A stretch of 64,000 nucleotides of DNA from an uncultured Eubacteriales bacterium (GCA_900314525.1 OMVN01000008.1:2721-66720), one strand, 5' to 3'; shown: positions 40,055-49,955, counted from the first letter of the stretch. Made by a program: numbers and translations. The notes: generated by a model not told the origin, from the letters alone.

Positions 40055-41872
40055 ATGGCAGAGTCAATGAAGGGACTTAAGAGAACACACAGATGTACTG
40101 AGGTCTCTAACAAAAATATTGGAGAAAAAGTAGTTGTTATGGGATGGGCTGCAAAGAGAAGAAATCTTGGAAGTCTTATATTCGTAGATTTAAGAGATCG
40201 TTCAGGCATCCTTCAGATAGTATTTGATGTAAATGATGTTGGAGAAGAAGGATTTAAGAAAGCTTCTACAATCAGAAATGAATTTGTAATTGCCATTGAG
40301 GGTACAGTAGAGAAAAGAGGAGGAGCAGTTAATGAGAACCTTCTCACAGGTGATATAGAGATCAGAGCTACTACTTTAAGAATTCTTGCAGAAGCAGATA
40401 CTCCTCCTATCCCAATTGATGATGAAGCTCAGACAAAAGATGAAGTAAGATTAAAATATAGATATTTAGACCTCAGAAAACCTCGTATTCAGAAAAACTT
40501 AATTACAAGAAGTAAAATTACAACACTTGTTCGCCAGTTTATGACAGAAGAAGGATTTCTTGAGATAGAGACACCAATGCTTACAAAGAGTACACCTGAA
40601 GGAGCAAGAGATTATCTTGTACCTAGCCGTGTTCATCCAGGCAATTTCTACGCACTTCCACAGTCACCACAGTTATTCAAACAGTTACTTATGTGTGCAG
40701 GATATGACAGATATATTCAGATAGTAAAATGTTTTAGAGATGAGGATTTGAGAGCAGACAGACAGCCTGAATTTACACAGATTGATATGGAATTATCATT
40801 TGTTGATATTGACGACGTAATTGATGTAAATGAGAGACTTTTAAAAACTATCTGGAAAGAAGTTTTAGATGTAGATATACAGATTCCATTTAAGAGAATG
40901 ACATGGCAGGAAGCAATGGACAGATTTGGTTCAGATAAACCAGATACACGTTTTGGATTCGAGTTACAAGACATTTCAGATTTAGTTAAGGACTGTGGAT
41001 TCTCAGTATTTTCAGGAGCAATCGCCAATGGTGGAACTGTTAGAGGTATTAATATTACAGGACAGGGTTCTATGCCAAGAAAGAAAATCGATGCATTAGT
41101 AGATTTTGCGAAGGGCTATGGAGCAAAGGGACTTGCTTATATTGCAATTAATGAAGATGGATCATTTAAATCATCATTTGCAAAATTTATGACAGAAGAT
41201 GAAATGAAGAACATAACAGATAGATTAGAGGGAAAACCTGGAGATCTTCTCTTATTTGCAGCAGACAGAGCAAAGATTGTATATGCAGTACTTGGCGCTT
41301 TAAGATGTGAGATGGCAGAAAGACTTGGTCTTCTTGATAAAAATACATTTAATTTCTTATGGATTACAGAATTCCCATTATTTGAGTATTCTGATGAAGA
41401 GCAGAGATTTGTTGCTATGCATCATCCATTCACAATGCCTATGGAAGAAGATGTTGAATATATAGAATCAGATCCAGGCAGATGTAGAGCAAAAGCATAT
41501 GATATCGTTCTTAACGGTACTGAGATTGGTGGAGGAAGCGTAAGAATTCACCAGAATGATATACAGCAGAAGATGTTCAGGGCTCTTGGATTTACAGATG
41601 AAGAGGCTAATGAGAAATTTGGATTCCTCCTCAACGCATTCAAATATGGAGTACCTCCTCACGCAGGACTTGCATATGGCCTTGACAGACTTGTAATGCA
41701 CATTGTTGGAGAAGACAATATTCGTGACGTAATCGCATTCCCTAAAGTTAAGGATGCATCTTGTCTTATGTCAGAAGCTCCAAATGTAGTTGATAAAAAA
41801 CAGCTTGATGAATTATTCATTACATCGACATATGATCCAGAGCAAGAATCTGAGGAAGAAGTAACAGAATAA
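40055..41872 (+). CDS. aspS: Aspartyl-tRNA synthetase
   Basis: FVDLRD, EGARDYLVP, ALPQSPQ, FRDEDLRADRQPEF and GLDR. Confidence 0.96.
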   Translation: MAESMKGLKRTHRCTEVSNKNIGEKVVVMGWAAKRRNLGSLIFVDLRDRSGILQIVFDVNDVGEEGFKKASTIRNEFVIAIEGTVEKRGGAVNENLLTGDIEIRATTLRILAEADTPPIPIDDEAQTKDEVRLKYRYLDLRKPRIQKNLITRSKITTLVRQFMTEEGFLEIETPMLTKSTPEGARDYLVPSRVHPGNFYALPQSPQLFKQLLMCAGYDRYIQIVKCFRDEDLRADRQPEFTQIDMELSFVDIDDVIDVNERLLKTIWKEVLDVDIQIPFKRMTWQEAMDRFGSDKPDTRFGFELQDISDLVKDCGFSVFSGAIANGGTVRGINITGQGSMPRKKIDALVDFAKGYGAKGLAYIAINEDGSFKSSFAKFMTEDEMKNITDRLEGKPGDLLLFAADRAKIVYAVLGALRCEMAERLGLLDKNTFNFLWITEFPLFEYSDEEQRFVAMHHPFTMPMEEDVEYIESDPGRCRAKAYDIVLNGTEIGGGSVRIHQNDIQQKMFRALGFTDEEANEKFGFLLNAFKYGVPPHAGLAYGLDRLVMHIVGEDNIRDVIAFPKVKDASCLMSEAPNVVDKKQLDELFITSTYDPEQESEEEVTE

Positions 41873-41883
41873 AAAGCATAAAC

Positions 41884-41923
41884 AAAAGACTGTCCCCGCT
41901 ATTTTGTGGGACAGTCTTTTTTT
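41884..41923. terminator. Terminator after aspS (likely bidirectional)
   Basis: AAAAGACTGTCCC...GGGACAGTCTTTT plus a T tract. Confidence 0.8.
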
Positions 41924-42270
41924 AATATAAGTTCATAAATTAATCCGGTGGCAAACCACACAGGAGTGTAATCAAGTCTAATCAGCCCAAGGATATTGTA
42001 TTTACATTTGCTGTAATCCCAGGGACAGATATCAATCTGTTTTAAGAAAGCACCAGATAGAAATTCCCCAGTAAAAATGGTAATAGTATAGATGAATCCT
42101 CTTAGTATAATGTTAGTATCAGATAGCCTTGCATACATAGGTCCGATGAGAAAGGCCATACCATATATAGGAAACATGATTATGGAACTTTTTCCCATAA
42201 GGTTTTTCTTATGACTTATTAATCCGGTCCATATGATTTCTAGGCAAACTCCGGTACTTCCACATTTCAT
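41899..42270 (-). CDS. Small membrane protein, putative ABC-transporter type IV/TMEM229-like
   Basis: G-x-CLEIIWT, WDYS and IRLDYTPVWF pattern. Confidence 0.65.
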   Translation of the reverse strand: MKCGSTGVCLEIIWTGLISHKKNLMGKSSIIMFPIYGMAFLIGPMYARLSDTNIILRGFIYTITIFTGEFLSGAFLKQIDICPWDYSKCKYNILGLIRLDYTPVWFATGLIYELILKKDCPTK

Positions 42271-42362
42271 GAAATTACTGATATGATTCTTGTTAATCTT
42301 CTCACACCTCTTTTTTAATATTACTAGTATTAGTATTTCGGTTTTACAGAAAAATATTCGTT

Positions 42363-43088
42363 TTAATTCATGGATATATTTTTTGACAAAGCAGATTTTA
42401 AAATTTCCCTATATTTTCTGCTGACTGATAAAGATAATCCATCTTTTAATATTAAATGATTTTCAGTATATGATTTTACATAAAAAATATTGATAATGTA
42501 GGTATTGTTAATTCGGATAAAAAAACTGTAATCATTGCAAAGTGTCTTTTCTGCAGATTTTAGGGTAATATTAATACAGTTTGAGCTGTCAGCCTCATAA
42601 AATAATGTTTTTCTTCCTGTGGATCTGACAAATATTAAATCTCTTGGATCGATTGCAAGATAAGTCTTAGAATTGTTGAAACAAATTAAATCCTGGGATT
42701 TTAAATTGTGCAATGCAGAAGCAGTTATACTGTCAAAGAGATCATATGAGAATGGTTTTTTTAGAAAATAATAGGGATATGATGAGGTAATTTCCTCGGC
42801 ATATACATCATAGATACTCATAAATATTATTAGAGGATATTTTGAATTGCTGAATTTTCTGATATACATGGCTGTTTCTATTCCATTTAAAACAGGCATA
42901 TGGATATCCATGTATATCAGATCAAAATTCATCTGAAAAAGAGTGATATCATTAATAAGTTGACGTCCATTATTGTATAATTTTACAACTTCAATTTTGA
43001 AGTTGTAATTATTCATAAGATGTTTTTTTAATTCCGTGCATATTCCGTTATTATCGTCACAAATAGCTATATTTACCCCTCTGTTCAT
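42363..43088 (-). CDS. LytTR family response regulator (AgrA-like 2)
   Basis: Receiver ICDD...YMDIHMP...LKKP; LytTR FIRINNTYIIN and VSRKY. Confidence 0.9.
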   Translation of the reverse strand: MNRGVNIAICDDNNGICTELKKHLMNNYNFKIEVVKLYNNGRQLINDITLFQMNFDLIYMDIHMPVLNGIETAMYIRKFSNSKYPLIIFMSIYDVYAEEITSSYPYYFLKKPFSYDLFDSITASALHNLKSQDLICFNNSKTYLAIDPRDLIFVRSTGRKTLFYEADSSNCINITLKSAEKTLCNDYSFFIRINNTYIINIFYVKSYTENHLILKDGLSLSVSRKYREILKSALSKNISMN

Positions 43089-43111
43089 AATTTTTCCTCC
43101 ACAGTAAAAAA

Positions 43112-44377
43112 TTATATTGTTAATTTAAAAATCATCCAGTATTTACTGTTGTGATTTATACATGTTGCAAGTATAGAACCTTTGTATATTGAAACCTGTT
43201 TGTTTAGATAATATAATCCAAAGCCATGAGTCTCGTTATCGTCAGCTTTATTTTTAGTCGAATATGAATTGCTAAAAAATAATGAAATTTCTGAGTCGCT
43301 AATCTGATGATCTACAAGATTTCTTACTTCAATAGTTGTTTTATTATCTGAAGAATTAATTGAAATATAAATATTATTCCCAGAAACAGAGGCTTCAATT
43401 GCATTCTGAACCAAAATAGCTGAAAGATCTGTTATGGTAATTTCGGAAGCAGAGCTTTCCAGCTTGCCACATGTTACATCATAGTTTATTGAAATTTCCT
43501 TGGCTTGGGCATCCAAGTAAAGACTATACATTGATGCTACAAACAGAGGATTTTTAAGTGTAAGCAAAGGATAAGCATGCAGTGGTTTTGTGTATGTGGC
43601 AGTGTAGTTCTTAATCAGGTTTGAAAATTCATCATCTGTATTATGAGAATCACATAAAAGCTGTAGTGACTGTATTCTATTAGTAAACTCATGTTGACTC
43701 GCTCGTATATCATTTATAAGATTCTCGTAAACAGGTAAATATTTTTTATAATATTTAAGTTTTGCATTCTTTGAAGATATTATTTTCTCGTAATACAGAA
43801 GGAGAGCATTACTGGTAATTATAATGATGATTATTATGATAAATAACAATATATTGGAATATAGATAATGAACATTTTGCTGACAAATAATTAACAGTGA
43901 AATAAGCACTATATAAAATGATATCAATGCAACTTTGTAGGCAAATGAGGTAGAAATAACCATATTATATAATTTGCGCACTGAAGTTGACATAAGAATG
44001 ATAATTACTGCCAGAGTCATTAGATTGCCAATAAGTCCGAGAATGTGTGGCTCCTTTATAAATATGCTGCAAAACGCAACTGGAATTGTAGCAATAATCT
44101 CTGAAATAAAAAGTGTAATATAGACTAACATTGCCATATATACACTGTCTAAAAGTTTTTTCGCATTTACATAGCATATTAGAAAAATAAACACCTGACC
44201 TAGAATCAATGTGAAAATTTTAGTGTCACGAACTGCAAAATTTGCTAGCAGCACATTCGAAATTAATATAATAACATCCCAGACATATGGTTTTGTAGCT
44301 TTATCCAGGTATTTTTTACAAGTATAAATAACACATATTGATTCTATCAAAGTAAATAGACAATCAAATACTAGCAT
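43112..44377 (-). CDS. agrC: AgrC-like membrane histidine kinase (GHKL)
   Basis: About 6 TM segments, H-box QHEFTNRI, N-box ILVQNAIEA, G-box STK...HGFGL. Confidence 0.82.
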   Translation of the reverse strand: MLVFDCLFTLIESICVIYTCKKYLDKATKPYVWDVIILISNVLLANFAVRDTKIFTLILGQVFIFLICYVNAKKLLDSVYMAMLVYITLFISEIIATIPVAFCSIFIKEPHILGLIGNLMTLAVIIILMSTSVRKLYNMVISTSFAYKVALISFYIVLISLLIICQQNVHYLYSNILLFIIIIIIIITSNALLLYYEKIISSKNAKLKYYKKYLPVYENLINDIRASQHEFTNRIQSLQLLCDSHNTDDEFSNLIKNYTATYTKPLHAYPLLTLKNPLFVASMYSLYLDAQAKEISINYDVTCGKLESSASEITITDLSAILVQNAIEASVSGNNIYISINSSDNKTTIEVRNLVDHQISDSEISLFFSNSYSTKNKADDNETHGFGLYYLNKQVSIYKGSILATCINHNSKYWMIFKLTI

Positions 44378-44426
44378 TTTAAATTTTTTCCTTTTGTTCT
44401 TTTGTTTTGAATTTATACCAAGTAGA

Positions 44427-45137
44427 TTAGATATAGTTTCCCATTATATCTTTGTACTTTTTTCCAATTGGTATAGATACTCCATCTATTATAACAGAAT
44501 TTGTCACTTTATCAAAACTTGAAATACAGTCAGGATTAACTAAATAGCTTTTCTGACACATTACGAGTTTTCCATCAGACATTGTCTGAAGTTCATCTAG
44601 AGAATATTCCCTTGTATCTATATGGCAGTTATTCAAAAAAACAGTCTTAAGGTGACGGGATGCATGAACATATCTTATATCTGCAATTTTTATTTTATGT
44701 ACGATTCTGTCGGTATCTCTAACTGTAAAATATTTTTCAAGATATCCGGTAATTACCATTTGCTCTAACTGATTTAGTATATCATCACCTGAATAAGGTT
44801 TTGTAATATAGTTATAGCAGTGAAAATTAGAAAGGGCGTAAACTCCTTCGTCGATTACTCCGGTGAGAAAAAGTATAGAAGTTCGGTAATATACAGGCAT
44901 TTTTCGAATTTCCTGTGCAAGCTGAAAGCCACCACGATCAGTTAGATGCTTAGTGAGTTGAACATCTAGCAAAAACAGAGTGTATGGATTAGATGAAACA
45001 GAGTTTTTAATTAGACTCATGGCATCATTATAACTATAACACGAGTCAACTTCCCATGACGGATACTCGCCCTTGATTGTATCAGTTAGCATACTAAGCT
45101 GATTTTGGTTGTCTTCTACAATTAATATATGCTGCAT
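44427..45137 (-). CDS. agrA: LytTR family response regulator (AgrA-like 1)
   Basis: IVEDN...LLDVQL...TKPY; LytTR CQKSYLVNP and IPIGKKY. Confidence 0.88.
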   Translation of the reverse strand: MQHILIVEDNQNQLSMLTDTIKGEYPSWEVDSCYSYNDAMSLIKNSVSSNPYTLFLLDVQLTKHLTDRGGFQLAQEIRKMPVYYRTSILFLTGVIDEGVYALSNFHCYNYITKPYSGDDILNQLEQMVITGYLEKYFTVRDTDRIVHKIKIADIRYVHASRHLKTVFLNNCHIDTREYSLDELQTMSDGKLVMCQKSYLVNPDCISSFDKVTNSVIIDGVSIPIGKKYKDIMGNYI

Positions 45138-45239
45138 ATAATACCCCCGGAAATTACAATTTATTTAGTTTGATTTATTATTATTTTATCAGAGAAATGG
45201 AGCATGATAAAGTGAAAAAATGGGTTGCAAATGAATTTC

Positions 45240-45267
45240 GTGTCGTAAAACGGTCATTTGGTGTCGT
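45240..45267 (+). promoter_or_regulatory. Direct repeat, candidate LytTR binding site
   Basis: GTGTCGT at 45240-46 and 45261-67 (21-bp period), upstream of TTGAAA at 45283 and of agrB. Confidence 0.5.
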
Positions 45268-45337
45268 GTTAATCAGATTGGCTTGAAAATTGAGGAGGAA
45301 TTGTATTAAATAGAGATATAGGAGACAAAAGTGAATA

Positions 45338-45925
45338 ATGAAATGGTACTTATACTGGGATGAATTTAATAAAAAGATTTCGTACAAATTGGCAAATCAA
45401 ATTTGTGGAGAAACAAATGAAATTGTCAGATATGGCATTAACGTTTTAATTAACGGATTGGAAAAGATGACTATACTGATTTTAATATTTTATTTATTGG
45501 GCTACATAAAGACATTTATCATTTCGGCATGTATTATGTGTATTCTTCGCATCTGGATGGGTGGAACACATAGGAACTCAATATTTGGGTGTCTTATGCA
45601 GTCATTCATCATATTTTTGATGATAAATATAATATGTAATTATATAAATCCAGAATCGTTGGAAATTACCATATCCATGATATCAATTATTTCACTTGTT
45701 ATATGTTATTGTCCTATCATAAATTCAAAGAGGGGGCTATATAATGAGAGAATAAAAACTAAATTTAAAATTAAAAGTATAATATGTATTTTGTTAATTA
45801 ATTTAGTTGCTTTTTATTGTAATAGTTATGAAAATGTGGTTGTGACATGCGAACTAGTAGAAATATTAGATGTCGTTTTCGCAAAAATTATTAATTGTAA
45901 GGAGAATATGATAAATGAAGATTAG
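45338..45925 (+). CDS. agrB: Accessory gene regulator AgrB
   Basis: VRYGINV, LRIWMGGTH, then C, and YCPI; hydrophobic; divergent from the two-component genes. Confidence 0.88.
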   Translation: MKWYLYWDEFNKKISYKLANQICGETNEIVRYGINVLINGLEKMTILILIFYLLGYIKTFIISACIMCILRIWMGGTHRNSIFGCLMQSFIIFLMINIICNYINPESLEITISMISIISLVICYCPIINSKRGLYNERIKTKFKIKSIICILLINLVAFYCNSYENVVVTCELVEILDVVFAKIINCKENMINED

Positions 45926-46067
45926 CGAAAAGATTAGCAAGTTATTGGAGAATACCACAATTGACATTTTTTCATCATCAGCAAGTGAATTTATATGGGG
46001 TGAAGTTGAAGCACCTAAGGAACTTAAAGATATGGTGAAACCAGAAGAGGAAAAGACTGAAATATAG
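45915..46067 (+). CDS. agrD: AgrD cyclic-peptide autoinducer precursor (50 aa, absent from the ORF track)
   Basis: MKISEKISKLLENTTIDIFSSSASEFIWGEVEAPKELKDMVKPEEEKTEI; RBS GGAG at 45901; overlaps agrB stop; has the AgrD-like E-x-P-x-E-L tail. Confidence 0.8.
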   Translation: MKISEKISKLLENTTIDIFSSSASEFIWGEVEAPKELKDMVKPEEEKTEI

Positions 46068-46182
46068 TACTGTATATTGAATTATTAAAGGGATTAAGTA
46101 AGGGAAAACAAAATAAGGGTTATTTATTGGAGCGTGAATTTTGCAGGCAACTGCATAGTAATTGGGTTGTGAACACTCATGG

Positions 46183-46228
46183 AAAACAGATTTGGATTGA
46201 CTAAAATCAATGCAGGTCTGTTTTTTTT
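46183..46228 (+). terminator. Intrinsic terminator of agrBD
   Basis: AAAACAGATTTG-G-ATTGA loop TCAAT-G-CAGGTCTGTTTT, with a T8 run at 46221-28. Confidence 0.75.
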
Positions 46229-46380
46229 GTCTTCCCAGATCAAAAATCTATAAATGGAGGTAAAAGAGTCCATTAAAATGATATATGTAATATTGGTGTT
46301 TAAACCTTGTACCTACGATGGATAAAATAATTTGTTTTACATAGAATAATAGGAAATATTAAAGGAAAACGTGACAACCT

Positions 46381-47136
46381 ATGAAGGATAGAAGTGCACA
46401 GATTAATATTTCCTCGGACAGCGATTTTTGCAAGTTCAGGAATAGATTAACTGATTATATGGGAAAACTGAATATTTCAGATGCTAAACTTGCCGAGATG
46501 ACAGGTGTCAGTAAGGATATTGTGTACAATATTCGAAAGGACAGATCAGACCCTGGTATAGCATTTATGTCAAAACTTCCAGATGTAACGGGGCATCCAG
46601 TTGATTATTTTTTTGACAATGAATATAAGATAAAAATTGACTACGATGAGAAGAGAATGCTTGACGATATAGATGATAATGATAAGTTTAGAATTCTGAT
46701 TTTATGTGAATTATTTAAGTATAATAGCGTGGCTGAATTTAATAATGATAAGATTAATAGTGTATTAAAGCCAGATCGTGATATAAAAAAAATAGGGTAT
46801 TTAATAAGGTTACAGAGAATTATGCATAATATGAGTGTGGATGAATTTGGAACAGTTTTTGGATACCAGGGGGCTAGTGTCGCAAATCTTGAGAGTGACA
46901 ATAGTGTGATTTCAAATTCTTCACTTTGCAGACTGTGTATGGAATTAGAAATTCCATTTGATTTTTTCCTTATGGGAAGATTGAAGGATAATAATTATAT
47001 TATTGATTATCTATTAAATGACCTGTTAAGTAATCTTGATGAAAAAGGCAGGGATATTATGAAGAAAATTCTATATTATAACATAGAATGGATTAAGCAT
47101 TTGTCTTGCCAAAGACAGCTAAATAAGTTATACTAA
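46381..47136 (+). CDS. XRE-family regulator with two HTH domains
   Basis: Two Cro/C1-like HTH segments: LAEMTGVSKDIVYNI...PVDYFF and FGTVFGYQGASVANLES...PFDFFL. Confidence 0.75.
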   Translation: MKDRSAQINISSDSDFCKFRNRLTDYMGKLNISDAKLAEMTGVSKDIVYNIRKDRSDPGIAFMSKLPDVTGHPVDYFFDNEYKIKIDYDEKRMLDDIDDNDKFRILILCELFKYNSVAEFNNDKINSVLKPDRDIKKIGYLIRLQRIMHNMSVDEFGTVFGYQGASVANLESDNSVISNSSLCRLCMELEIPFDFFLMGRLKDNNYIIDYLLNDLLSNLDEKGRDIMKKILYYNIEWIKHLSCQRQLNKLY

Positions 47137-47170
47137 AAGCCGGATTATGGATTTATAGAAAGGCTATTTT

Positions 47171-48313
47171 ATGAGTAAAAATTATAAGCTGATTAAAACA
47201 TGTGGAAAGGCTAAAAGAGGTGAATTTACCACCGTTCATGGAGTAATACAGACACCAGTATTTATGAATGTTGGCACAGTAGCAGCTATTAAAGGAGCAG
47301 TTTCCACAGATGATTTAAGACAGATTAAAACACAGGTTGAATTATCTAATACATATCATTTACATGTAAGACCAGGGGATGATGTAATCAAAAAACTTGG
47401 AGGTTTACATGAATTCATGAACTGGGACAAGCCAATTCTCACAGATTCAGGCGGGTTTCAGGTGTTTTCGCTTGCAAAACTTAGAAAAATAAAAGAAGAG
47501 GGAGTTTATTTTAATTCTCACATAGATGGAAGAAAGATTTTCATGGGACCAGAGCAGAGTATGCAGATTCAGTCTAATCTTGCTTCGACGATTGCTATGG
47601 CGTTTGACGAGTGCCCATCAAGTATAGCTGACGAGAAGTATATTAGAAATTCAGTTGAGAGAACAACAAGATGGCTCAGAAGATGTAAAGATGAGATGAG
47701 CAGGCTGAACAGTCTCGAAGATACAATTAATAAGAATCAGATGTTGTTTGGAATCAATCAGGGAGGCGTGTTTGAAGAGATTAGAAAAGAACACGCAGAT
47801 ATTATTTCTGAAATGGATTTGGACGGATATGCAATCGGTGGTCTTGCTGTTGGTGAGAGTCATGAGGAGATGTATCGAATTATTGATGAGACAGTTCCAC
47901 ATCTTCCACAGGACAAGCCTACATACCTTATGGGTGTTGGAACACCAGCCAATATACTAGAGGCAGTTGACAGAGGTGTTGATTTCTTTGACTGTGTGTA
48001 TCCAAGCAGAAATGGACGACACGGAAATGTATATACCAATCAGGGTAAGCTGAATTTATTTAATGCAAAATATGAACTTGATAAGAAACCAATAGAGGAA
48101 GGATGTAACTGTCCTGCCTGCAGAAGTTATTCGAGGGCATACATAAGACATCTCTTAAAAGCAAAAGAAATGCTAGGAATGAGATTATGTGTCTTGCATA
48201 ATTTGTATTTTTATAATACAATGATGGAGGAAATCCGTGATGCAATCGAAAATGACAGATATAGCGAGTACAAGAAACAAAAATTAGACGGATTTAATGC
48301 AAATTCAAATTAG
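47171..48313 (+). CDS. tgt: Queuine tRNA-ribosyltransferase
   Basis: TPVFMNVGT, NTYHL, LTDSGGFQVFSL, FDCVYP and Zn site CNCPAC. Confidence 0.96.
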   Translation: MSKNYKLIKTCGKAKRGEFTTVHGVIQTPVFMNVGTVAAIKGAVSTDDLRQIKTQVELSNTYHLHVRPGDDVIKKLGGLHEFMNWDKPILTDSGGFQVFSLAKLRKIKEEGVYFNSHIDGRKIFMGPEQSMQIQSNLASTIAMAFDECPSSIADEKYIRNSVERTTRWLRRCKDEMSRLNSLEDTINKNQMLFGINQGGVFEEIRKEHADIISEMDLDGYAIGGLAVGESHEEMYRIIDETVPHLPQDKPTYLMGVGTPANILEAVDRGVDFFDCVYPSRNGRHGNVYTNQGKLNLFNAKYELDKKPIEEGCNCPACRSYSRAYIRHLLKAKEMLGMRLCVLHNLYFYNTMMEEIRDAIENDRYSEYKKQKLDGFNANSN

Positions 48314-48324
48314 GAGGATTTTTA

Positions 48325-48603
48325 ATGAATAGCGGAGCATTAGTAATGGTATTATATATTGCAATATTCGCAATATTTTTCTATTTCTTTTTATTAAGAC
48401 CACAGAAGAAACAGCAGGCAGCACATGATTCACTTGTAAATGAATTAAAGCCTGGTGATTCAATACTTACATCAAGTGGATTTTATGGAGTAGTTATCAA
48501 TATATCAGATGATGTTGTAATTGTAGAGTTTGGTAACAACAAGAACTGCAGAATTCCAATGCAGAAAAACGCAATTGTTGATGTAGAAAAACAGGACGAA
48601 TAA
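48325..48603 (+). CDS. yajC: Preprotein translocase subunit YajC
   Basis: Single TM segment then LLRPQKKQ and LKPGDSILTSSGFYG; follows tgt. Confidence 0.9.
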   Translation: MNSGALVMVLYIAIFAIFFYFFLLRPQKKQQAAHDSLVNELKPGDSILTSSGFYGVVINISDDVVIVEFGNNKNCRIPMQKNAIVDVEKQDE

Positions 48604-48611
48604 AAAATACG

Positions 48612-48720
48612 ATAAGTCTTCAGGGCATGGTGAAATTCCATACCGGCGGTAAAGCCCGCGAGCATATGCATGATTCGGTGAAATTCCGAGGCCGACAGTA
48701 AAGTCTGGATGAGAGAAGCG
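48612..48720 (+). ncRNA. FMN riboswitch (RFN element)
   Basis: AGTCTTCAGGGCATGGTGAAATTCCATACCGGCGGTAAAGCCCGCG...GGTGAAATTCC...GCCGACAGTAAAGTCTGGATGAGAGAAG, upstream of ribD. Confidence 0.95.
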
Positions 48721-48747
48721 CTATCTATATTAGAAGTAGTATAAGAT

Positions 48748-48780
48748 AAAATCCCTGATAAGCATTTATCAGGGATTTTT
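48748..48780 (+). terminator. Expression-platform terminator of the FMN riboswitch
   Basis: AAAATCCCTGATAA-GCAT-TTATCAGGGATTTTT. Confidence 0.8.
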
Positions 48781-48833
48781 GTTATAATAATCGGATGGAA
48801 GTAATTCCAACTGATTGTGGCTGGAGGTGACAT

Positions 48834-49955
48834 ATGACAATACATGAAGAATATATGAGACAGGCATTAAAAATAGCGGAAACGGCAATGGGCCACACAA
48901 ATCCTAATCCTATGGTGGGCTGTGTGGTTGTAAAGGATGGCAGAATTATTAGTATTGCCTGCCATGAGAAATGCGGAGAATATCACGCAGAGAGAAATGC
49001 ACTTACAAGATGTAAAGAAGATACTAAGGGTGCTGACTTATATGTGACATTAGAGCCTTGCTGTCATTATGGGAAGACACCACCATGTACAGAGATTATT
49101 ATTGAAAAAGGAATAAAGAGAGTTTTTGTAGGAAGCATGGATCCAAATCCACTTGTAGCAGGTCATGGAGTTGAAATCTTAAGAAACCATGGAATTGAAG
49201 TTATACCTGGGGTTTTATCAGAAGAGTGTGATAAGTTAAATGAGATATTTATGCATTATATTACCAATAAAATTCCATTTGTTGCGATGAAATACGCAAT
49301 GACTCTTGATGGAAAAATTGCTGCATACACCGGAGATTCTAAATGGATTACAGGAGAAAAATCAAGAGAGCATGTAATGTATCTCAGAAATAAATATTCA
49401 TCAATTCTTGTTGGTATTAACACCGTAGAGGCAGATAATCCAATGCTTAACTGCAGAATGGAAGGTGGGACGGACCCTGTCAGGGTAATAATTGATTCAA
49501 TGCTTCGAATCAGTACTGACTGTCAGATAGCTGCCACTGCAAACCAGATACGAACAATAGTTTATTATGCAGGTGAGAATGAAAATAACGAAATTGAGGC
49601 TAAAAAGTTAGAACTACAAAAACTTGGTTTAGAAGTTATCAAGATTTCAGGAAAAGCAAATCGTGGCGGACATTTCCTTGTAGATATGGAAAAAGTTATA
49701 AAAGATCTTGGACAAAAGGGGATTGACTCAGTTCTTGTTGAAGGAGGAGGAGAGATAAATGCCTCACTTCTTGAAACTGGTCTTGTTAATAAGGTTTATG
49801 CATATATTGCAGGAAAACTCATAATGGGAAGAAACGCAAAAAGTCCAGTTATGGGTGATGGGATACCGCTCATGAATGATGCAGTTACACTAAAAGACAT
49901 AAAAGTACAGCAGTTAGATAATATAGATATTTTATTGGAAGGAAATGTAAATTAA
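48834..49955 (+). CDS. ribD: Riboflavin deaminase/reductase
   Basis: NPNPMVG, HAE, TLEPCCH, TLDGKIA, DNPML and EGGG. Confidence 0.95.
   Translation: MTIHEEYMRQALKIAETAMGHTNPNPMVGCVVVKDGRIISIACHEKCGEYHAERNALTRCKEDTKGADLYVTLEPCCHYGKTPPCTEIIIEKGIKRVFVGSMDPNPLVAGHGVEILRNHGIEVIPGVLSEECDKLNEIFMHYITNKIPFVAMKYAMTLDGKIAAYTGDSKWITGEKSREHVMYLRNKYSSILVGINTVEADNPMLNCRMEGGTDPVRVIIDSMLRISTDCQIAATANQIRTIVYYAGENENNEIEAKKLELQKLGLEVIKISGKANRGGHFLVDMEKVIKDLGQKGIDSVLVEGGGEINASLLETGLVNKVYAYIAGKLIMGRNAKSPVMGDGIPLMNDAVTLKDIKVQQLDNIDILLEGNVN

Noticed and set aside
46288-46335. 15-codon ORF MIYVILVFKPCTYDG downstream of agrD
   Set aside because: The GGAGG lies about 18 nt upstream, too far for a normal RBS, and there is no other support.
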